A stretch of DNA of 55,937 bases, filler included, from Catajapyx aquilonaris (taxonomy: Eukaryota): the NCBI GenBank assembly GCA_000934665.2. It is 2 parts of 2 records of this genome, joined end to end, with 100 filler letters (N's around TTAATTAATTAA, not from the genome) between each part and the next. Parts side by side here need not be neighbours in the genome. Positions count along the whole stretch, not along the records: positions 1 to 27,558 come from JYFJ02005052.1; 1 more part is not named here. One strand, given 5' to 3'. The notes below the pieces were generated by a model. The model was given only the letters and a program-made list of their open reading frames with translations, ran no database searches and was not told the origin of the DNA. Position 1 is the stretch's first letter; every line of letters starts with the position of its first letter. Below, piece after piece: positions 15,084 through 24,100 of this stretch. A program made the translations under genes and the position numbers.

Positions 15084-18000
15084 TACATTCGAAGAGATTC
15101 TAATTCCACAGTCAAATATGTAGATGACTGAAAAAAGTTAACAGTTTATTACAGAAACCAGTTTTATGCTGCCCCACAACCATCACAAAGCAAGGCTCTA
15201 CCTACTTTCCCTAAAAGTGACGCCCGAATCCTCTTATTTTAATAAAGCAGAAACACGCCTCTATAAATGTATGACATAGCCTGCATGAATAGATTCTAGG
15301 TACCCAGCACAAAAACCTGCATGACATAAATACCGCCACAAACCCGTGGCACTTTTTGACGTTAATCACTTACCATAAATTTGGAATGCAAGTGTTTAAC
15401 CCCTCTCTGAGTTAGGCCATCCCTAAAAAAAAGGCTTGCGAGCTGGCTTGTAAAAGAGCATCGCGGAATAATCCTTCCCCAAATCCAGATAAAGTTAGTA
15501 CGAGCCTCGTGGGCACAACATCTGCGGCAACGGCCTGGAATGAGAACAAGGAATGAAACCGCCTCTCTGGTTGCATTCCACCAGGTCACTGTGTCCAGAA
15601 AACATATGCTCGATAATAATTTCATAAGTGTCGGATGGAAATCATTAAACCGATGCAGTGTGACAATTTTCGGAAACGCATAACAAGCAGCAGGGGGGTC
15701 GATGGAAGAAGGCGCAATACTTGTGACAGATCTGTCGCCAGCAAGTGGTCATATTTTCTAGAAGCCTTTCCGGGGCAATTCTCTCCAAGACCCATTTCCT
15801 TATATATCTGAGGGAGACAGCTCCCTGCATCTGGCTCCCTGCTGATCCTCTTCAAAACACCAAACCCATCCCCGCTAACTCCAAGCCAACTCCCACTAAA
15901 CCTCTTGCCAAAACACTCCAAAAACTTAGCTCTGCATAATATTCTCTGGCTTCTAATGAGCTTCCCCCCCCCCCCCACCCTGCTCCCCATCCACCCCCCC
16001 AACTTCCAGGGCCTCATTTCCCAAGCAGCCCAGGGTTTATTTCGCCTGATACAAAGGATCCCACCCCTAGCTAGCTAGCTAGATCTCTTACTCCTGGGTG
16101 CCTGCAGCTACCCTCCATGTATTGACTCACGTCGCGGATGGATGTCACCGGATCCGACAGACAGACAGGCAGCCAACCCTACCCGTTCATTCAAAAAATC
16201 ATGCCAGAAGGTGCCAACAGTGTTTATTAGCCAGTCATGTATAAATGAATGCCTATCGGGAACAGTGTTCATCAGTGCTGAGGTTTGGGCTATCGGAGTT
16301 TCAGGCCATATCCTGGCTGGTATGCAACGCACCCTTGTCGCACTAGCCTCCAGGCGCACCGAAAATCAGGGTAACCTCGTCCTTGCTGGACAACAACAAC
16401 AGTGTGAACTACTGACGAACACTGACGCTAACTGACGGACACTGACGGTCACTGCGTCCGTCAGACACTCCCCTGAAGAAAAGTCGTTTTTACTGTCTCA
16501 GTCAAACCCCTTCAGTTTGTGAACGTTGTTCTACAGCGTTCACTCCTGAAGAAGCCCTATAGTCTCGAACTATAAGGGGCTGGTAGAATAGCAGGTGAAA
16601 GAGGAGGCAGGGGAAATGGGCGAAGAAAAGAAGGTGTTGAGCGGACAGTGTGGCCCGATAATAAAAGGGTGAGAATTGCAGTTGGGATTTGCGGAGCAGA
16701 ATGTCTTCCGATGGAGAAGTCGAGTCGACAGGCAGCCAAGTTATATGGGTCCGCAACTATTCAGTCGCAACAGGAAGCCCCGCCGTCACAAGCTGGATCC
16801 AATTTCCATCGATCTTTCTCCAGGGCAATCACACCCTTCGCACTAAGTATATAGCCTTACTCTGATGTCCTGCGCCACCATCTATACACACTCCATTCTT
16901 TTCTTCACTTTTTTTTGTGTTGTTCACTGTTGCTGTCGATGCAATGCCAGCTCATTTAATTGCCGCAGGAGGCGGATATGCGATAATCAGATCAGAAGTG
17001 GCAGAGAGGCCGCACTATGCAAATGCGCCCGTGAGCCGACGAGGTTGATGAGAGAATACATCGGAAGCAATCGGTATTGCGGGTCTGCGAAACACACTGG
17101 AAACAGCGATCCGTGGGTCCGCTCAATACACATCCAGCAGCATCAGCTATAGTCAAAAAATGCAGACCAGAGTAATCCGGAAAAATTGCGAGCACACAGA
17201 GCCCGAATGGTATGAAAGGCGGTGCCTGGGCTGTCCGAACAAGTTTTCAAATGCGATCGGGACAGAGGAGCAGGCCTGATGTGATTAAGGCCGCTCCTCA
17301 TCAGCATCGGAGCAATCAATCCCGCCTGTTACCTAGTTAGGCGACCCGTGTCGGCCCCGAGGCCAAGTACCCAACCTGCCGACTAATAAACTGATTGGAA
17401 CTAATTCGGCAATTACCTGCCGCGGATTTCGTCTGCCTGTGCACCCAAAGGTGCTCGCTCCACACTCCCCACCCCAATGCTGCTCTATTCCCTATTTATA
17501 TAAAAAAAAAGATACCATTTACATTCCCTCTAATTCACAATGTAAGCCATCAGCAGTTAATTAGCCCTAATAGATGTAGTTATGCAGATGATCCAGGATA
17601 TGGGTATCAGATTGGAAAAAGAGCTGCGGGGGGGGAGGTGGCCGTATGGATTTGATTAATACCAGACCCACCCAGGCTGCTGTCGAATGGATCAGGAGTC
17701 TGATGTATACTTTTGCCATAATTTTGGACGTTAACCCGATTTCTACCACCCATAAGCGAATTAACAACACACTCGCAGTAGTTCAATGGTGGGATAAAAT
17801 GTTTCGCAAATAGGTTTTGTACATTATGATTAAAACTGGTCAGACCACATGTGAAATAAAACGAGCCACATAACTCTAAAAATGATTGCTGAACTGGGAT
17901 GGGTTGGGTGGGGAGAGGAGGAGAAAAAGTTAGGCGGATTCCCCGGACTTGGTCCCGGAGAGAGCCAAGAAACTCGAAGGGATTGGATCTGACAGTTGAA

Positions 18001-18809
18001 TGAAATTCATGGGTCCGAGACACATCTCGGAAGGCCCTTTTGCAAAACGGGGGAATTTTATATGGGACTTGGCTGGAGGGGCAGATCTAGGGGGCAAAAA
18101 AATAATAAAAAAAAAGAAGTAGTAAGGGTAAAAAAAGCCAAAGGAGCGTTCAGAAAAATGTGACCTGAGGCGATGGATGATGGGGAGGAAGGGCAAAAGT
18201 GTGAGAAGTCATCCGATTCCGTTTAATGGGACTTGTTTCTTCCATACTTCCTTTTCCAACTTGGGGTGTGCTGCACAAATCTTGGGTGTCATATAGGGCG
18301 GACGATTCATATTTCATTCACTGTACTATGCATATGCAATAGTGAAGCTTCAGGAAACATAATTCCAATTTCATGTTGACTTAGAGGCGGAGGATGAAAA
18401 TAACTAGACTATTCATATTGGAGTAAGTGGTTTTGGGTAAGACTGCAAGTGGCGCAAAGTTCACCATTTCGGACTCAATATCCACTGGCATTGGTACAGC
18501 CAGCGGCACACGGTGGCCACACTCTGAAATATCTACAACAGTGATGCTGTCCCGTGTACCGTATGTAATATGATGTAACCTTGAGTCTTGGACTGCAACT
18601 GTGATAAGGGGTCTTTAACCCTGTTTATGACAAGATTGTCGCAAATTTTTCGTTATGAAGGGGCAAAAGATCTCGTGGCCCACTTTTCTGTAAGAATATT
18701 CTCCAATAAAATCTAATTCAGAAAAAAATATTGATAGTTCCCAGTTGGTTAGTCAGCAGCAGACAGCACGAACTTTGATAGCCACTGTTAAGCAAAAAAT
18801 CATGGTTAA

Positions 18810-18854
<45 letters not shown>
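18810..18854. repeat. (CTA)n microsatellite
   Basis: Direct reading; explains the poly-Leu ORF 18745..18930. Confidence 0.95.
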
Positions 18855-20879
18855 GTCAAGGACTCACCGGCCACATCCCAATAATGATTTCTCTCGACTA
18901 ATAATGGCCATTCAACGTATGATAACATGAGCCGTATTCACACGAACCAAATTGAACCCTTGAATTCCTGCATGTCAGAAGCCCCATTGAAAAGGTCGCA
19001 CCCACAGGGAAGCATTATCCCTCATATATCCAAAGATAATAAGCAAGAAACTTTGCCTTGCATCATCTCGAAATGGTTTCCTTGTTAGTTACCCCCTTCG
19101 TCCATGGAGCCCTGCAATTATAAATTATACCACTGTATGCAGGAGGGAGACTTGCTGCATGTGTAAACATGTCTGAGCAGTACAAGCTTCATAATATAAT
19201 ATTAATCTAAGGAATAGTAATACACTCGTTACGTTGTACAAATTTCCCTGTCCCTGAAAGTGGTCATGAAAGGTCACCGCAGTTATATGCTTCAAATATA
19301 AGCACTTTAAAATGTGCATGCCCTTTGAAATTATGCTTTAAAAAATTGCGTGATACATTTCATTTTGAACATTTTCACACATGTGCACTGTACAGTACCA
19401 TCAATATGAGGGCTGTTTTTTTTTTGCTATTCTCAAGGATTAAATCATAATTACAGTATGGTGTTTTTAGATTCCATGATTCAACTGTACGAGCACATAC
19501 TGTATTGTGCTAGTCGAGTTCTGTACGTAGAGTACATTATGCCTTTTAACACCAGCATGTTCTGTTGCTTGTAAGGACTCCTCCCGTAATTTATTCTAAC
19601 CTTCCTGATTGCCTCACACAAGTCTTGTGTCTTCTTTTAAAGAAAATAAACTGGCAGATGTGACGTGAACAGTACAGAGCCATTTTATCTGACAAACAGC
19701 ATGAACCTCTCTGCATAATTATGATGTCCATAGCTTTCCCAATTTTTGGTATAAGTACAGCATAATGTACAGTAATGTAATTGAGCACTTTTGGTGATCA
19801 AGTGTCTGCTTTCCTGAGAAGTGACACCTTCAAATGTAATGGTGAATTTTAGCTGAATGTAAATTGATTCCTGTGCAACCAACATGTTGCCTTTATTTTT
19901 GTCATGCCTTGCAGTTAAGCTACTTACCTAGTTGCAACCAATTTAGGCTCCAAACTGAAGTGTCTGTAATTGATTGCTCTTGCAAGTAGAAGTACCTACA
20001 AAGCATTGCAGTAACCATCAGCATTCTCAGCTCCTTCCTATTACAAAAACCAGTTACCTGTCTTCTTCCTCACTACTGCATAGCATACATGGGGGAAGCA
20101 AAATTCAGAGTGCTGCAATAGTCTCTCTCCCTCTCTCTCTGTCACACACACACACACACCCCCACTTACACATGTAAATGATTCAATACATGTTATGTAA
20201 CCTCAAGTTTACCAGATTAAATCAAGACCTTGAAAATCTTGTCTGATTCTGGGAGTTCTTATCTAAAACTGCAACAAATACTATATGTACCAAATCAAAT
20301 ATTCACCAAGCCATTTAAACAGTTCAGACAAGTTTGCCATAACATCCTTCCGTCTTGTTTACTGCAGTGGTTCAGGACCAGCCAATAAATTAACCAAGTG
20401 CACATGAGTGCCAGCAGCCATGCCTGATTAATGGACAAGACTTGCACTGAGAAAAATTTGTAGCAGGAAACCTGCTTCTTAGGGTATTTGAAAATTAATT
20501 AACTGATCACACAAATTAATGCAACTGCTTTACGAAGCTGAATCAGGTGTGTGAATAGAGAGTCAACATCTGTGAATTACTCATAGAGGTGTTGGAAGTA
20601 GTGGCATATATCTAACAATTACTCAAAACTACAGAAAGTATCGAAATATCCATTTATCTGCACACATTTTCGCGATTCATTACAATCGCTTGTACTCCCA
20701 AAAAAATACGTCACACTAGAACCATCGACCCAAGACTTCTCGTATTGTAACCAAATACAGATAAATATAAAAACATTTAAAAATGTCTGCTTTTTTAAAC
20801 CTAATAAAAACACTTTGGTAGTTAATGAGGAAGGCTCTGACAGTCTTAGCATTTTTTTTTCTTCCCCCAACTTTATCCG

Positions 20880-20885
20880 TTTATT
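20880..20885 (-). terminator. Putative Pdi polyadenylation signal AATAAA
   Basis: TTTATT on the plus strand about 260 nt downstream of the stop codon; motif only. Confidence 0.45.
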
Positions 20886-21145
20886 AAATGCATTGAATTA
20901 ATTGAGTTAATAATTAATTAACACATTCCTTCAATTAGTTGGAATTGCAGGGGAAGCCAAAATAGAGCTCGGTTTGTCAATACAATTGAGAAGTAAAAAG
21001 CACTGCCACTTGCAAACATCCGTCATCTCTAATTATCCTTTTCTTGTGTCTTTCTTTTTCTTTTTTTTTGATGTGGCAGCTCTCGAATAATTACTAGTTG
21101 ATCACCAAGATGCGGACATTTCTTTTTTTTCTTTTTTTTGTTGGT

Positions 21146-21199
21146 TTACAGCTCATCCTTACGGGGAGCGTCGTCATCTTCATCCTCCTCTTCATCCTG
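21146..21199 (-). CDS. Pdi: Pdi last coding exon: [17 protein letters not shown]
   Basis: tttttag|CAG acceptor (tandem TAGCAG), acidic c region, KDEL ER-retention signal, TAA at 21146-21148. Confidence 0.95.
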   Translation of the reverse strand, partial: QDEEEDEDDDAPRKDEL

Positions 21200-24100
21200 C
21201 TAAAAATTTCATGTTGTTAGATTATTGCTCATTCAGTTCAGTTCGAATTGTTTTTTTCATAACTTTTGGGATTATTTCAATGGTTAAAAACACAGTCAGA
21301 CTAGTCTGCAGAGAAAGATGCAAAGTGAACTCTCCCCATTAGAAACGACACTCCATTGTGTCACTTGCAGTATGACATGCTTGGTCATAATGAATATTTC
21401 TCAAGGGAGAGCAGTTACAAAACTCTCCAGCAATCTAGCACGACACTGTTCTAAACCAATTCCTAACAGCTTGCAAACTAGTGAAAGCCACAGGTGATGT
21501 GCCCATGCAGGGAAACAACAGAAAAATAAAAAGAAAGAAGGTGGGAATCAATGGAGCGTAGTAACAACTACCTCAAATTCTGCCTGATCCGTGCGTCCTT
21601 CAATGAACTCAGACAAGCCTTCCAATGTTCGTTTTCCCGAATATTCTACCACCTAGTCCATGTCCAAAAAGAACCATGCACAGGACAGGACACCAACCAG
21701 AAAATAAATATGAAAAGAAAAGAAGAAGCCAAACAAAAATATTAGTGCCATGAAAGAAATATTAGTGCAGTAGCAGATCTACCCTACACTAGAAGTTGAT
21801 TTCCATCAAAGCAGTCAAGGGCCTGGAAAATAACTTACACTAGGTTCACTCTTTACCTCATCAGGGGCAGCCTGACCATATTCACCACCTGATTCCAAGA
21901 ACTTGGTCATCCCTTCCAATGTCCTCTCTCCATTGTATTCAACAATCTAGAAATGCATTGTTGGGTCAAAACAATAGACAAATCAAGTGACACTCGTTGT
22001 CCTGATGCTGCAAGAATCCACCTGAAAATATTACAAACCATGCCATCCAATAAATGCTGAACAGGTGTCCAGATATCATTGATTTTCCTTAAACTCCTGC
22101 ATTAACTCCCAAGGTTCACCTCAGTGTAACACAGTAGTAGCAATATGATCTGTTCCCATTAAAATTGAAACCTACATCATAGTAGTATACTAAATTTCCA
22201 CTGGCAGTTATCTTTTTCTTTTCAGGTTCACAGTTTTATAAAAACACTATTGAAAGTAGTAAAATAGTAAGGTTTCCTGTCAATGTTAAGTTTATCAAAT
22301 CGGAACTGGCATAGATCTCATAATTACAAGTTACGTTATATGGCAGATGCTTTGAGTGTGACATTAAATCAAAATCCTTCAGAAACACTCAAAATTCCAT
22401 TAATTCATTAGATTTTGATACTACTTTTATATCGTGTGCTTAGTTCTTTTAAAAATAATTATGCACAATATTAATAAAAATATATTATCGTGAATCAATA
22501 CTCATGTTTCCTGAACGTGCCTGCTGTAGCACCACACTACCATATATCTGAAATTTGTATACAAAGTGATGACTAAACTCACTCATTCAATATGACCCTG
22601 TAACCAACACTCACCTAAAATGCAATTGTCATTATAAGATTTTCAAATTTAAAAAAGAGCTGACCTTGTTGTCATCCTTCTTATAAAGCTTGATGGTTGG
22701 GTAGCTGATTATCTTGGTGTGCTCAAGCTCATTGGCAGTGGCATCCATCTTGGCAATAATGATGGATGGATGATCCTTGTACTTCTCAGCCAGCTCTTCA
22801 TAAATTGGAACCAGCTGCTTGCAGTGTCCACACCAAGGAGCATAAAACTCAACCAAGACATCCTTGTCCTTGTCCATTGCCACAGTGTCAAAGTTGGATG
22901 ACACCAAGACCTTCACTGGGGTCTTGTCCCAGTCATCAGGCAGGTCTTGAGACAGGAGGTGTTGCTAAAAAAATTCAAAAATTAAGTCAGTTGCCTGCAA
23001 CACAATAACGCTCTTTGTAGAGCAAAACATGAGTGCGAATACATCTCAAAAGACACTTCATACGAGTATTAGCATAGACTAATCTCCCCTGTGTCACACC
23101 TTGAGCTTTCCATCAATGAAGTCCTTCACGAATGACCTGATGTTCTCCTCAGTGAAGTCACTGCTGGGGGGCTTGTACTTGGCCATCTCATCCTCAAGTC
23201 GGATCACCCTGATGCCAGGAAGCTCATCTTTCTTCATGCCAAAGAACTCCAGGATTCGCTGGTGGTCTTCTTCATCAGTGTCGATGGTGACAAACAGAAT
23301 CTGTGGAAAATTAAATGTGTGAAAATGTACCCTGCTTGATTCCGCCCTGATTGGCCATGTTTAAAGCTCCTCTAACCAGGAGGATAGAAGCAGGGAATGA
23401 GTACTCTTCCAACAGATTGTCAGAAAGTTACAGGCATTTCAAGCCTGCTTTCTAAGGGCTGTTGGATGTTGTTTAAAAGTAACAATTCTCTTCTCCACAA
23501 GAGCCCCTTCCAAAATTCTGAGCTTAAAATTTAGTGAACTATAATTTGATTATAACCATGTTGTCACCAGTCACAGTAAGAAACAACAAAATGAGTATCA
23601 CATCCCTATTAATCATACAGGCCTCTGGGCCAAGCTACAAACTTGGTATGTACGTTATTATAAAGAAATATATCTGTGTGCAAAAAAAGTTTGCTCAATT
23701 TTTTCCACAGATTTATCAAATCGTTTTTGAATTGTCAATAACCATGCATCCATGCTGCAACTATATTTGCATGACTTGATGTGAGTTAATACCTGCCCAA
23801 GTGTTGACACAACTTTCAATCGAAACCTGGTACACTATTTAAATTTATTTGTAGGCAATAATCCAAGATGATCACAATATTTTACTGCACTAGTGAGGGA
23901 AAGGTGCAAGAAGTCCAGTCACTCAAAAATGTAAGGTAGCAAGCCTGACATAGCCCCCAAGAGACATGTTCCTCCCTCACGACTCATGAGATCTGGGGAA
24001 GATTTCATCTAATTTCAGCTTCAGGCTTGCTACATTGCATTTTCAAGTGACTGTACTTGGATCAGGATGGCTGAGGGGGTAAGAGTCCTTGCCTTTGATC

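Noticed and set aside
16470..16605. Hammerhead ribozyme / Penelope-like repeat (two CTGAAGA motifs, one followed by a stem)
   Set aside because: No GAAA directly after the candidate stem II and no convincing stems I and III.
42..20870. Short ORFs left of Pdi
   Set aside because: Low-complexity or random translations; no recognisable domain or consistent exon chain.
23323..23466. U17/snR30 (SNORA73) identity, suggested by the TCCAAC...GTTGGA basal stem
   Set aside because: Lacks the m1 (AUAUUCCUA) and m2 (AAACCAU) motifs in the 3' hairpin and is shorter than U17.
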